From an uncultured Gammaproteobacteria bacterium (lineage in GTDB: Bacteria; Patescibacteriota; Microgenomatia; Levybacterales; UBA12049): a stretch of DNA of 64,000 bases. Location: the NCBI GenBank assembly GCA_964408485.1, contig CAYOZJ010000002.1, positions 69,235-133,234 on the forward strand. Reading direction: 5' to 3'. The notes below the pieces were generated by a model, which was not told the DNA's origin, made no database searches, and was given only the letters and a program-made list of their open reading frames with translations. A program made the translations under genes and the position numbers. Positions 47,731 through 56,533 of the stretch are shown here, piece after piece (the stretch's first letter is position 1; every line of letters starts with the position of its first letter).

Positions 47731-49521
47731 ATGACCTTTGCGAAATTAGCCTCGTATTTTGAAAAATTAGAAGCAACTTCCTCCCGTTTAGAGCTTATCC
47801 GTATTCTCTCAGAACTCTTCAAAGAAATAAAAACTCCAGATGAAATAGAAAAGGTATGTTATTTGGTTCAGGGTCGTATTGCGCCATTTTTTGAAGCAAC
47901 AGAAATCGGAATGGCAGAACGGACTGTGGCACAGTCCGTTGCTACAGCATTTAATGTCGAAAAAGAGAAAGTCTTAAAAGAATATAGTAAGCGTGGAGAT
48001 TTAGGGTTGGTTACGTATGAGCTTGCGCAAGAAGTAAGAAGTAAGAATTATGAATCAAGAATAACCATAGATGAGGTGTTTGAAACTTTAATAAAAATAG
48101 CAAAGACTAGTGGGGAAGGAACTGTTGAAAAACGACTAACATTATTAACAGATCTTTTGCAAAAAGTAGACGCACTTTCAGCAAAGTTTCTTGTACGCAT
48201 TCCACTAGGTAATCTTCGTTTGGGAATTGGTGACCCAACTGTTTTAGATGCACTCGCGACAGTAAAATTGGGAGATAAAACCCAGCGACATTATTTAGAA
48301 GATGCATACAATAGGACATCTGACTTAGGACTTATTGCAAAAACTCTTTGGTCAGAAAAAAGCGCAATGAAAGCATTGGGTGCAGTCGAAAAATTAGAAG
48401 TAACAGTTGGTAAGCCAATTCGAAGCGAATTGTGCGAGCGTCTTCCTAGTCCTGAAAAAACAATAGAAAAAATGGGGACAGTGGATTCACAGTTTAAATA
48501 CGATGGATTTCGCGTACAAATTCATAAAAATGGAAATGAAATCTCGCTTTTTTCTCGTAATTTAGAAAATATGACCCATATGTTTCCAGAGCTTATAGAG
48601 GGAGCCAAGAGACAAATTAAAGCGCGTAGCGCAATTCTGGATAGCGAAGCATTAGCATACATACCTGAGTCTGAAGAATTTTTGCCTTTCCAGGAGACAA
48701 CAAAACGAAGACGTAAGCATAATATAGAAGAAACAATGGCCAAGCTTCCACTTAAGTCATTTGTTTTTGACATTTTGTATAAAGATGGCAAGTCACTTAT
48801 TGGCGAACCTTTAGAAAAGCGTTTGGAGATTTTGTCAAAAACCCTTCGGCCAGCTCAGGGCAAGCAGTTTAACGATAGTGTTCTTTTTCCAGCAGATACT
48901 AAAAAGATTTCTGATGCAAAGGTGTTATCTCTTATGCTTGATGACGCAATTTCTAAAGGCTTAGAGGGAATAGTAGTAAAGAAATTGAATAGTCTTTACG
49001 AAGCAGGCGCGCGCAATTTTAACTGGGTAAAGCTAAAGCGTAACCAGTCTGGTGAGTTAACAGATACGGTTGACTGTGTGATTTTAGGATACATTTTTGG
49101 CAAAGGAAAGCGAACAGCATTTGGCGCAGGAGCATTATTGGTTGGTGTGTATGATAAAGCATCAGATAGCTTTGTAACAGTAAGTAAGATTGGAACAGGA
49201 TTAACTGATGAGGAGTGGAAAAGTATTAAGGAAAGGACAAAAGGATTAGAACTTTCTCATAAGCCAGCTCGGGTGAGCTCTATTATAGAACCAAGTGTTT
49301 GGGTAAAGCCTGAGATTGTTATAGAGGTCTTGGCAGATGAGATTACAAGAAGTCCTATTCATACAGCAGGAGCTACTTTGGAGAACGGAAAAGTCGTTGA
49401 GCCAGGATATGCTCTCAGATTTCCACGGTTAGTTAACTTTCGGGATAAAGATAAAAAATCAGAAGATGCAACGGATGTGAAAGAGTTGATTGAAATGTAT
49501 AAGAGTCAAGGAAAGAAGTAG
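47731..49521 (+). CDS. lig: ATP-dependent DNA ligase (archaeal-like, with DNA-binding domain)
   Basis: KYDGFRVQIH, FSRNLE, LDSE, EGIVVK, WVKLK, LRFPR. Confidence 0.95.
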   Translation: MTFAKLASYFEKLEATSSRLELIRILSELFKEIKTPDEIEKVCYLVQGRIAPFFEATEIGMAERTVAQSVATAFNVEKEKVLKEYSKRGDLGLVTYELAQEVRSKNYESRITIDEVFETLIKIAKTSGEGTVEKRLTLLTDLLQKVDALSAKFLVRIPLGNLRLGIGDPTVLDALATVKLGDKTQRHYLEDAYNRTSDLGLIAKTLWSEKSAMKALGAVEKLEVTVGKPIRSELCERLPSPEKTIEKMGTVDSQFKYDGFRVQIHKNGNEISLFSRNLENMTHMFPELIEGAKRQIKARSAILDSEALAYIPESEEFLPFQETTKRRRKHNIEETMAKLPLKSFVFDILYKDGKSLIGEPLEKRLEILSKTLRPAQGKQFNDSVLFPADTKKISDAKVLSLMLDDAISKGLEGIVVKKLNSLYEAGARNFNWVKLKRNQSGELTDTVDCVILGYIFGKGKRTAFGAGALLVGVYDKASDSFVTVSKIGTGLTDEEWKSIKERTKGLELSHKPARVSSIIEPSVWVKPEIVIEVLADEITRSPIHTAGATLENGKVVEPGYALRFPRLVNFRDKDKKSEDATDVKELIEMYKSQGKK

Positions 49522-49549
49522 ATTTGTAATCTATAGTATATTCTTGCTT

Positions 49550-49819
49550 ATGGTTGATAGGAAATGCGGATTAGATACTACCAAGGATTGCAAAGATTGT
49601 GGGGGACAGTTTGGTGCAGATAGATTGAGAGAGTTACGCGAACGAGAAAAAGATCTTCAAATAGACACAGAAGTTGATACTGATAGTAAAAGAAAAACCA
49701 TAGCAGATATAGGGAGAAGAAAAAGAATGGTTAACGAATGGCTTAGAAATGGGCGATGTCGTGTTGCTACAGGACATATTGCTGATCTCCTTAAAACCTT
49801 AGAAAAACCACAAGTATGA
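49550..49819 (+). CDS. Small Cys-containing hypothetical protein
   Basis: MVDRKCGLDTTKDCKDC; TATATT before ATG. Confidence 0.55.
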   Translation: MVDRKCGLDTTKDCKDCGGQFGADRLRELREREKDLQIDTEVDTDSKRKTIADIGRRKRMVNEWLRNGRCRVATGHIADLLKTLEKPQV

Positions 49820-49874
49820 TATGTATCACGATTTTTCTTTCGCTCAATTAATTAGTCTATGTTAGAATAACTTC

Positions 49875-51374
49875 ATGGTTGATGTTGTTGCAGATTTACA
49901 TCTGCATTCTCGTTTCTCCAGAGCGGTTAGTCCTCAAATGACTCCTCCCACAATGGCACAATTTGGAGACCAGAAAGGGATAGATCTTTTGGCAACAGGA
50001 GACTGGACACATCCGGTATGGTTTCGGGAAATCAGCAACTTTCTCACAGAAGCAGAAGAAGGACTGTATAAAATCAAGAATCCAACTCCCCAAAATGAAA
50101 AGACACGATTTCTTCTTTCTGTAGAAATTGCCTCTATTTATTCCCAAGGAGGGAAGGGAAGAAGGATTCACAACTTAGTATTTGTTCCATCCTTCGAAGT
50201 GGCAGCAAAAGTAAATAAAGAGCTGATAAAACGCGGATTTAATTTATCTTCTGACGGGAGGCCAATCATAGGATTTTCCTCAAAGAATTTACTTTCACTT
50301 CTCCTTGAAGTAGATGAGCGGTGTCTTCTTATTCCCGCTCATGTCTGGACGCCATGGTTTGGCATTTACGGACAGATGTCTGGGTTTCAAAGTCTTGCGG
50401 AAGCATTTGAAGAATTAGCACCAAAGATTTATGGAATAGAGACAGGTCTTTCAAGTGATCCGGAGATGAATTGGCAAGTTGATGAGCTAAAGACAAGGTC
50501 AATTCTTAGCTTTTCTGATGCACATTCTCCTGCGAAAATGGGGCGAGAAGCAACGGTTTTTCGCTTGGACAGCTTGTCTTATGAGAATATTCGTCAAGCA
50601 ATAATGGCGCCAAGCCTTCGTTCCGTCATTGCGAGCAAAGCGAAGCAATCTAATATAAATAAGGAGAAGATTGCCACGTCGCAAGCTCCTCGCAATGACA
50701 ATGTTAATAAAGTACTCTACACCATAGAATTTTATCCAGAAGAGGGGAAGTACCATTATTCAGGCCATAGAAATTGCGGAATTACCATGACGCCACAAGA
50801 GCAAGCAGCAGCGCATAATATTTGTCCTGTATGTAAAAGGTCTCTTACCGATGGGGTTATGAGACGTGTTCAGGAACTCGTAGAAAAGGACCCTTCGGCA
50901 TCGGTTCGGCAAGCTCACGACGAGGGCTCAGGGCAAGGTCCCTTTGGAAGTCATACGCCTAATAAAAGTGGCCTTGTCTGGATAACAGACCCTAAAGAAA
51001 ATCGTCCACCATTTGTCAAAATAGTACCGCTCCAGGAAATAATTAGTGAGGCAATTGGGAGTCCTTTTGCAAGCCCGAAGGTAAAAGTAATCTTCGATAT
51101 GCTCTGTAAAGACGGACTCTCTGAATTTAATGTACTCCTTAAATTGCCCTTACCAGATATTGAGCGAATAAGTCTTAGTATTACTTCAAAAGAATTTGCT
51201 GAAAAAATTACTGATGGAATAAAGAAAGTACGTGCAGAGCAAATTGTGATTAAGCCAGGATACGACGGTGTATTTGGGGTAGTAAAGATTTGGAGTGATG
51301 AGAATGACAGTGAAAACCCTTCGACTTCGCTCAGGGAAAAAGATACTGAAGAGCAGATTGGATTAGAGTTTTAG
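49875..51374 (+). CDS. Endonuclease Q-like PHP-domain protein with palindromic inserts
   Basis: ADLHLHSRFSRA, TGDWTHP, PAHVWTPW, ETGLSSD, SDAHS, GKYH..GHR.C, CPVC, PGYDG.FG. Confidence 0.88.
   Translation: MVDVVADLHLHSRFSRAVSPQMTPPTMAQFGDQKGIDLLATGDWTHPVWFREISNFLTEAEEGLYKIKNPTPQNEKTRFLLSVEIASIYSQGGKGRRIHNLVFVPSFEVAAKVNKELIKRGFNLSSDGRPIIGFSSKNLLSLLLEVDERCLLIPAHVWTPWFGIYGQMSGFQSLAEAFEELAPKIYGIETGLSSDPEMNWQVDELKTRSILSFSDAHSPAKMGREATVFRLDSLSYENIRQAIMAPSLRSVIASKAKQSNINKEKIATSQAPRNDNVNKVLYTIEFYPEEGKYHYSGHRNCGITMTPQEQAAAHNICPVCKRSLTDGVMRRVQELVEKDPSASVRQAHDEGSGQGPFGSHTPNKSGLVWITDPKENRPPFVKIVPLQEIISEAIGSPFASPKVKVIFDMLCKDGLSEFNVLLKLPLPDIERISLSITSKEFAEKITDGIKKVRAEQIVIKPGYDGVFGVVKIWSDENDSENPSTSLREKDTEEQIGLEF
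50625..50699. repeat. In-frame 75-bp GTCATTGCGAG...CTCGCAATGAC element
   Basis: Encodes VIASKAKQSNINKEKIATSQAPRND; halves recur at 22309-22342, 38385-38412 and 44620-44656. Confidence 0.9.
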
Positions 51375-51416
51375 GCTTCTTGACTTTTGATTGCAAATTT
51401 CTCCATACTAAATATG

Positions 51417-51490
51417 TAGTAAGTATTAGGTATTACGTATTAAGTATATTAAGGAACTTTATTTATACATACTACTTACTACTTAATACA
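51417..51490. repeat. Intergenic inverted heptamer arrays
   Basis: agtatta ggtatta cgtatta agtatat facing tactact tactact taataca. Confidence 0.7.
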
Positions 51491-51512
51491 AAACGGGAGG
51501 GGGGTGAAATAT

Positions 51513-51950
51513 ATGGCACAAAGTAAAAATTGGCAAGATATGATGGAAGAATGGTTTGGCAAATTGCCAATGCTTCCAAAAGGAGGACGGGATGTCTTGG
51601 TAAAAGTTGCTCCATGGGTCGCATTAATTTTTGGAGTCTTAGGTGTTTTGGTTGGCCTTGGAGGACTTGGTTTGTTATCAGTTTTGTCTCCAATGATGCT
51701 TCTTGGATCTGGAATGAGTAATACAGCAGGATCACTTTTGAGTGTTGCTGTTTCTTTAGTAAGTTCAGTATTATTACTGCTTGCTTTCCCAGGTCTTAAA
51801 AAGCGAAAGATGCAAGGATGGAACATGCTTTTCTGGAGTGAAGTTGCAGCATTTGTTTCGTCGTTAGTTGCATTATCTATCGTTGGCGGCGTAATAGGCG
51901 CAGCTATTGGATTTTATCTGTTATATCAGATTAAGAGTTATTACAAGTGA
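51513..51950 (+). CDS. Conserved small membrane protein
   Basis: LPKGGRDVLVKVAPW, LAFPGL..RK..GW, YLLYQIKSYYK; ggaggggg RBS. Confidence 0.75.
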   Translation: MAQSKNWQDMMEEWFGKLPMLPKGGRDVLVKVAPWVALIFGVLGVLVGLGGLGLLSVLSPMMLLGSGMSNTAGSLLSVAVSLVSSVLLLLAFPGLKKRKMQGWNMLFWSEVAAFVSSLVALSIVGGVIGAAIGFYLLYQIKSYYK

Positions 51951-52001
51951 TTTGTTTATAAACAAATAAAAAAAGGATACGGTGAAAACCTGTGTCCTTT
52001 T

Positions 52002-52214
52002 TTGTCATTTCGAACAAAGCGAGAAATCTCATTCAAGTATTTTTCTTCTTCTGTACTTTTGTGCCGACAAAAGATACCAAAAACTCTCGCCAAGGTCTTG
52101 TTCGAGCTTTCAAAAAAGAGCTCCAAAGCTAAAAGTACGCAGTTCGCTTTCACTTTCTTTACGCTTTTATGCCCTTTTTCTTATGCACTCACTGCAAATT
52201 GGCGAATAAGAACC
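52002..52214. repeat. ~210-nt structured dispersed repeat, copy 1
   Basis: Similar to 63531-63729; 64-nt core 52105-52168 vs 63620-63683 differs at 2 positions. Confidence 0.88.
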
Positions 52215-52241
52215 ATTTACATGAGGAGTATAATAAGACAT

Positions 52242-52856
52242 ATGAAATTAATAGTGGGACTCGGTAATCCAGGCGAAAAGTATGAGAAAACAAGACATAA
52301 CATAGGATTTATGGCATTGGATAGTTTCCTCAAAGATTTTGAGTCTACAAAAGATACGGTTTGGACAGATAGTAAAAAATTCAAATCAGATATTGCAGAA
52401 ATTGCGTGGCAACGACAAACTGATGGTGACAAATCTCATGACCCTGAAAAAGTTATTTTAGCCAAGCCTAAAACATATATGAATGATTCAGGTCTAGCTG
52501 TTAAATTACTGATAGATTTTTACAAGGTACAGCCAGAAGATCTGTGGATACTGCATGACGATGTGGATTTTCCTGCAGGATCTATGCGAATTCGATTAGG
52601 AGGAGCATCAGCAGGGCACAGAGGGATCATGTCTATTATTGAGCATTTGGGTACAGACCAATTTTATCGCTTTCGCTTAGGCATTGGGAGGCCGGGGGAA
52701 AGTGAACACAGTGGAGTAAGTCATTATGTACTGGATACCTTTAACCATGAAGACCACAGTAATGTAAGGGAACTTCTTAAGCGGACAAGCAAGGCTATTG
52801 AGCTAGGACTAGAAAAAGATTTAACCGCTGCAATGAACAAATATAACTCCAAATAG
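52242..52856 (+). CDS. pth: Peptidyl-tRNA hydrolase
   Basis: MKLIVGLGNPG..Y..TRHNIGF, KPKTYMN, HDDVD, GHRG, RLGIGRP. Confidence 0.96.
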   Translation: MKLIVGLGNPGEKYEKTRHNIGFMALDSFLKDFESTKDTVWTDSKKFKSDIAEIAWQRQTDGDKSHDPEKVILAKPKTYMNDSGLAVKLLIDFYKVQPEDLWILHDDVDFPAGSMRIRLGGASAGHRGIMSIIEHLGTDQFYRFRLGIGRPGESEHSGVSHYVLDTFNHEDHSNVRELLKRTSKAIELGLEKDLTAAMNKYNSK

Positions 52857-52954
52857 GCTTTGTCCTTTCAGGACACCAGGAAAGACGGCACGTATATGTT
52901 TTTGCCTCCGCTCAAACTATGTAATAAGTTCCTTACGGAATTACAGTAAGCCTA
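52854..52954. repeat. Structured element beginning at the pth stop codon; partial sibling at the znuA stop
   Basis: taggctttgtcctttcaggacaccaggaaag (52854) vs taggctttgtccttcggacaccgggaaag (58730). Confidence 0.7.
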
Positions 52955-53002
52955 TCAGGATTCAGTCAAGCAGGAAAGAAAAAAGACGATATAATACTCC
53001 TT

Positions 53003-53527
53003 ATGGTAGAAGGTAGAACACGATATCAACGAGTCCGAACATCTAAGGCAACCCTTCCTGAGTTACTTGCCGATCCAGATGCAAGAGTAGTTGTAGTTAC
53101 GGAAAAATCTGGTGTTTCTGAGCGTCAACGACATACAAAAGCAAGTCTTGTTACTGGAAGAGAGCTTGATGCATATGACGTTGCTGGTGGGCAAGAAGGC
53201 GCTTCGTTAGTAGTTGCGAAGCGACGTAGAGGGCCACGAATAAACTCGGATGGAAACGTTGGTCTTGCAAGAAGGAGTTACTATGATGACATGGATGTTC
53301 AGGGATTGAATACTTCCAATGTAGACCTAACAGATCCTAAAGCAACGCTTTCTGTAGGATGGGGTCAAAATAGAAAAGAAACAGGGGCAGTGGTAGGGAT
53401 ATTTGTGAAAAACGTATTAGAAGATGAAGACGATTATCAGTCGAGTTGGCGAGAGAGAAGGGCAAGGGTTGAGAGTGACAGTAAATGGATGCTACATGGT
53501 CTTGGTATGGGAACATGGGATAGCTAA
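53003..53527 (+). CDS. Hypothetical protein
   Basis: 174-aa ORF, TATAAT 7 nt before ATG. Confidence 0.6.
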   Translation: MVEGRTRYQRVRTSKATLPELLADPDARVVVVTEKSGVSERQRHTKASLVTGRELDAYDVAGGQEGASLVVAKRRRGPRINSDGNVGLARRSYYDDMDVQGLNTSNVDLTDPKATLSVGWGQNRKETGAVVGIFVKNVLEDEDDYQSSWRERRARVESDSKWMLHGLGMGTWDS

Positions 53528-53576
53528 TTTTTCCTCCAAGGGTCTTTAGTTATTGTTTGTCTGCTATACTATCCTC

Positions 53577-53858
53577 ATGCAATCCATCAAGCAGGTTTTA
53601 GATAAATTCAATCCCACAACAGATAAATATATTTCCCGTGAATTTCAGAGCTTTGGCGTCCATTTAGCAGAGGCGCTTGATGACATGAAACATAAGTCAC
53701 TCTATATAAAAATGGCCAAAACAATTCATAGATCTATTCTTGAAAAAGCGCTTTCATTTTGTGTTGATAGTAATGCCAAAAGCAAAGGCGCTCTTTTTAT
53801 GTGGAAAGTGACACAATTACGCAAAGATTATAGCGCGAAGCTCAAAGAACAAAAGTAA
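53577..53858 (+). CDS. Small hypothetical protein (probably CPR-conserved)
   Basis: YISREFQ..G..LAE.L.D.KHKSLYIK.AK...GALFMWK. Confidence 0.7.
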   Translation: MQSIKQVLDKFNPTTDKYISREFQSFGVHLAEALDDMKHKSLYIKMAKTIHRSILEKALSFCVDSNAKSKGALFMWKVTQLRKDYSAKLKEQK

Positions 53859-53862
53859 TTGG

Positions 53863-53919
53863 GTCATCCTGGCTTGTCCAGGATCTAGATTCTGGATGCG
53901 CTTTGCTTACCAGAATGAC
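53863..53919. repeat. Intergenic GTCAT...ATGAC palindromic element
   Basis: gtcatcctggcttgtccaggatctagattctgg...ccagaatgac. Confidence 0.85.
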
Positions 53920-53930
53920 AGGAGAATTTT

Positions 53931-54494
53931 ATGTCTAAGATTAAGCAGCAAAAACAGAAAAAAACATCTTTTTTTACCTCTCCCAGGTGGGCGTATGTTG
54001 GGTCATTTGTTTTATCTGTTGTCCTTATTTGGCTTGCGTTTCATTTTCGTACTCGACTCGAACACTTTAGGTCTTTAGGACTTTTGGGAATCTTTTTAAT
54101 TAACCTTTTTGCTTCGGCAACTATTTTTCTTCCTGCACCTGGTATTGCCAGTGTTGTTGCTGGGGGAGCATTGTACCCACCACTTCTTGTAGGGCTTGTC
54201 GCGGCACTAGGGGCGTCTTTCGGAGACATGCTGTCTTATTTTCTGGGAAGGGCAGGGACACATGTTGTCCTTAACCATACGCAGTATAAATTTTATGAAA
54301 AGTTTAAAAAGTTCTTTTCGCGCTTCGCAGGACCATTAATTTTCCTTTTTGCTTTTATTCCTAATCCTGTTTTTGATGCCATTGGTATTTTGGCAGGAGC
54401 AACAGAATACCCACCAATACGCTATTTCTTGATTATGTTTGGAGGAAGGTTTGCAAGAAATATACTCTTGGCATTGTTGGGGGCAAGACTTTAG
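53931..54494 (+). CDS. DedA/VTT-domain membrane protein
   Basis: FLPAPG, GASFGDMLSYFLGR, FIPNPVFDAIGILAG, GR. Confidence 0.85.
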   Translation: MSKIKQQKQKKTSFFTSPRWAYVGSFVLSVVLIWLAFHFRTRLEHFRSLGLLGIFLINLFASATIFLPAPGIASVVAGGALYPPLLVGLVAALGASFGDMLSYFLGRAGTHVVLNHTQYKFYEKFKKFFSRFAGPLIFLFAFIPNPVFDAIGILAGATEYPPIRYFLIMFGGRFARNILLALLGARL

Positions 54495-54576
54495 CAGCAG
54501 TATGCGATATGAATAATGCAATAAAAATAAAATACACCGTAGGCCTACTGCTTAATTCATATTGCTTTTTGCACAA

Positions 54577-54858
54577 ATGAAAATAACGCATCTTCTTATT
54601 TTTGGCAAAGTTCATGGGGTAGGGTTTCGCAAATATATAAAACATAACGGGACCAAGCTTGGATTAAAAGGATGGGTTAGGAATCTTCCCGAAGGGACGG
54701 TAGAAGCAGAAGTATCGGGATCAGAAGAACAAGTTGGAAGGCTTATCTCCTTAGCAAAAAAAGGCCCATTCTTGGCAGAGGTAACTAATGTTGAAATTCA
54801 AGAACATGAAAAAGATTTTCCGTATGAAGAATTTCTTCTTAGGCACGATATTGACTAA
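54577..54858 (+). CDS. acyP: Acylphosphatase
   Basis: GKVHGVGFR, GWVRNLPEGTVE, GP. Confidence 0.93.
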   Translation: MKITHLLIFGKVHGVGFRKYIKHNGTKLGLKGWVRNLPEGTVEAEVSGSEEQVGRLISLAKKGPFLAEVTNVEIQEHEKDFPYEEFLLRHDID

Positions 54859-54869
54859 TTATTAGTTGA

Positions 54870-55301
54870 TTAACGGGTTAATGTGTTAACGAGTTATGAA
54901 AATAACCAAATTTGAAGACCTCGATGTTTGGAAATTAAGTTTAGAGATAACAAAGTTAATATACGATCTAACATCTAAGAAATTATTTTCTCAAGATTAC
55001 GGTTTAAAGGATCAAATAAGAAGGGCAATTGTATCTGTTAGTTCTAATATTGTTGAGGGGTTTGAAAAAAACAATAATAATGAATTTATTAGGTATCTTC
55101 TGATTGCGAAGGGATCTGTTGGGGAGGTAAGGAATCAATTGTATGTGGCTTTAACAGTACAATACATTTCTCGAGATGAGTTTGAACAAATTAATCCAAA
55201 GCTTTTTATATTAGCAGATCAAATTGGTAGGTTTGTTATTTATTTAAAGACGAAACGAAATAACAAAGAATTCCAAACCCGTTAACCCGTGAACTCGTTA
55301 A
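54870..55301. mobile_element. Candidate cassette: four-helix-bundle gene bounded by inverted octamer arrays
   Basis: ttaacggg ttaatgtg ttaacgag tt-ATG ... aacccgtt aacccgtg aactcgtt aa. Confidence 0.55.
54896..55285 (+). CDS. Four helix bundle protein (23S rRNA IVP/S23-like, bAvd-related)
   Basis: FEDLDVWK, DYGLKDQIRRA.VS.SSNI.EG, F.RYL.IAKGS.GE...QL. Confidence 0.92.
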   Translation: MKITKFEDLDVWKLSLEITKLIYDLTSKKLFSQDYGLKDQIRRAIVSVSSNIVEGFEKNNNNEFIRYLLIAKGSVGEVRNQLYVALTVQYISRDEFEQINPKLFILADQIGRFVIYLKTKRNNKEFQTR

Positions 55302-55304
55302 TTA

Positions 55305-56459
55305 TCAAATCCTCTTAATAATCCTGGAGACAAAATACGCCCCTAGGATTGTTGCTATTGGGACTGAGAGCATAAGGCCAATACTTCCGGCAAGTGTACG
55401 CACAATTTCCTCCCCAAATTGCTGATTATTAATAATTACCCACAGTGGTAAATGGCTGGGGTTAAGAAGTAAGAAGATAAAAATAGGAAGAGAAGTGCCT
55501 GCATATGCCAGGACTAGTGTATTAATGAGTGAGGCAATATGCTCTTTGCCAATATTCATGCCATGCTCAATAAGGTGTAAAAATGATTGATCTTTATTTG
55601 CTTTAAAAAGGGCAAAAATGCTAGCAACTTGGGTGGTGGTAATGTCATTAAGTGCACCTAATGTACCAATAATAATGCCACCAAGGAGGATTCCTTGCGG
55701 GTTAATACTTATATTTGGTGCAATCTCCAGCAAATAACTGTCTTCTGTGCCAAGGCCTGTTAGGTGAGCAATATTTACAAATAAAACAGACAAGAAATAG
55801 GTTGCAATAAGCGCAAGAAAAGTAGATGCAACAGCAATGGTCGTTTGCTTGGAAAAGCCGTGGGCAAGAAATGTTGTGACAAATAAAATAACAAATGATC
55901 CAAGAAGAGAAGTGGTGAGAGGGTCTGCGTTGTGGAAAAGAATTTGCGGAACAATGTAGCCAATAATAACAAAAAGACTTACTCCAAGGCCAAGGAGTGC
56001 CCCAAGCCCCTTCTTACCGGCAATAAGAAAGATACAGAGAGCAAAGGCAATAAAAAGGCCAATAAGTTCTGGAATTCGGTAAACATCGGTAATAGTGTAG
56101 CGGGTTTGTCCATCAGGTCCGACATTTTTATCTACAACAACTGTTTGACCGTCGTGATATTTAACAAACGCAGCAAGTCTTGCATCAGAGCCTTGATCGA
56201 GAGTAATCTCTTTACCGTTGTCAGCTCCATCTAAAATTTTCAGTCGCAATGTTTGGGTAATAGTTGTGTATCCGCCATCGGTAATAAGCGTAGATTCTTT
56301 TAAAACGCGCTCAACAACTGCTTTTTCATAAATTTCCTTATTGGTCATTGCTTGTCCCGAAGAAGGTGGGGTTTGGGCAAGTGCTTTAGGTGCAGCATAT
56401 GGCAAATAGCATATGGCACATAGGAGGAAACCAAAAAGAAAAGAGAAGACTTGTTTCAT
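55305..56459 (-). CDS. YibE/F family membrane protein
   Basis: GIIIGTLGALNDITTTQ, GKEHIASLINTLVLAYAG, EEIVRTLAGSIG. Confidence 0.9.
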   Translation of the reverse strand: MKQVFSFLFGFLLCAICYLPYAAPKALAQTPPSSGQAMTNKEIYEKAVVERVLKESTLITDGGYTTITQTLRLKILDGADNGKEITLDQGSDARLAAFVKYHDGQTVVVDKNVGPDGQTRYTITDVYRIPELIGLFIAFALCIFLIAGKKGLGALLGLGVSLFVIIGYIVPQILFHNADPLTTSLLGSFVILFVTTFLAHGFSKQTTIAVASTFLALIATYFLSVLFVNIAHLTGLGTEDSYLLEIAPNISINPQGILLGGIIIGTLGALNDITTTQVASIFALFKANKDQSFLHLIEHGMNIGKEHIASLINTLVLAYAGTSLPIFIFLLLNPSHLPLWVIINNQQFGEEIVRTLAGSIGLMLSVPIATILGAYFVSRIIKRI

Positions 56460-56533
56460 GAGTTAGAGTATAGCAAATGAAGATGAACAAACCCAATCCT
56501 TGACGCCCAGAGAATATATACTATAATACCTTT

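Noticed and set aside
36319-49521. Stand-alone 5'-3' exonuclease, archaeal-type PyrH and ATP-dependent ligase as novelties
   Set aside because: These are recurrent features of CPR genomes.
52002-52241. 80-aa N-terminal extension of Pth
   Set aside because: Read-through of the non-coding repeat; canonical Pth starts at 52242 behind a TATAAT.
54896-55285. Diversity-generating retroelement
   Set aside because: The protein is bAvd-related, but no reverse transcriptase is present and the one long repeat pair (52002/63531) is non-coding with differences not confined to adenines.
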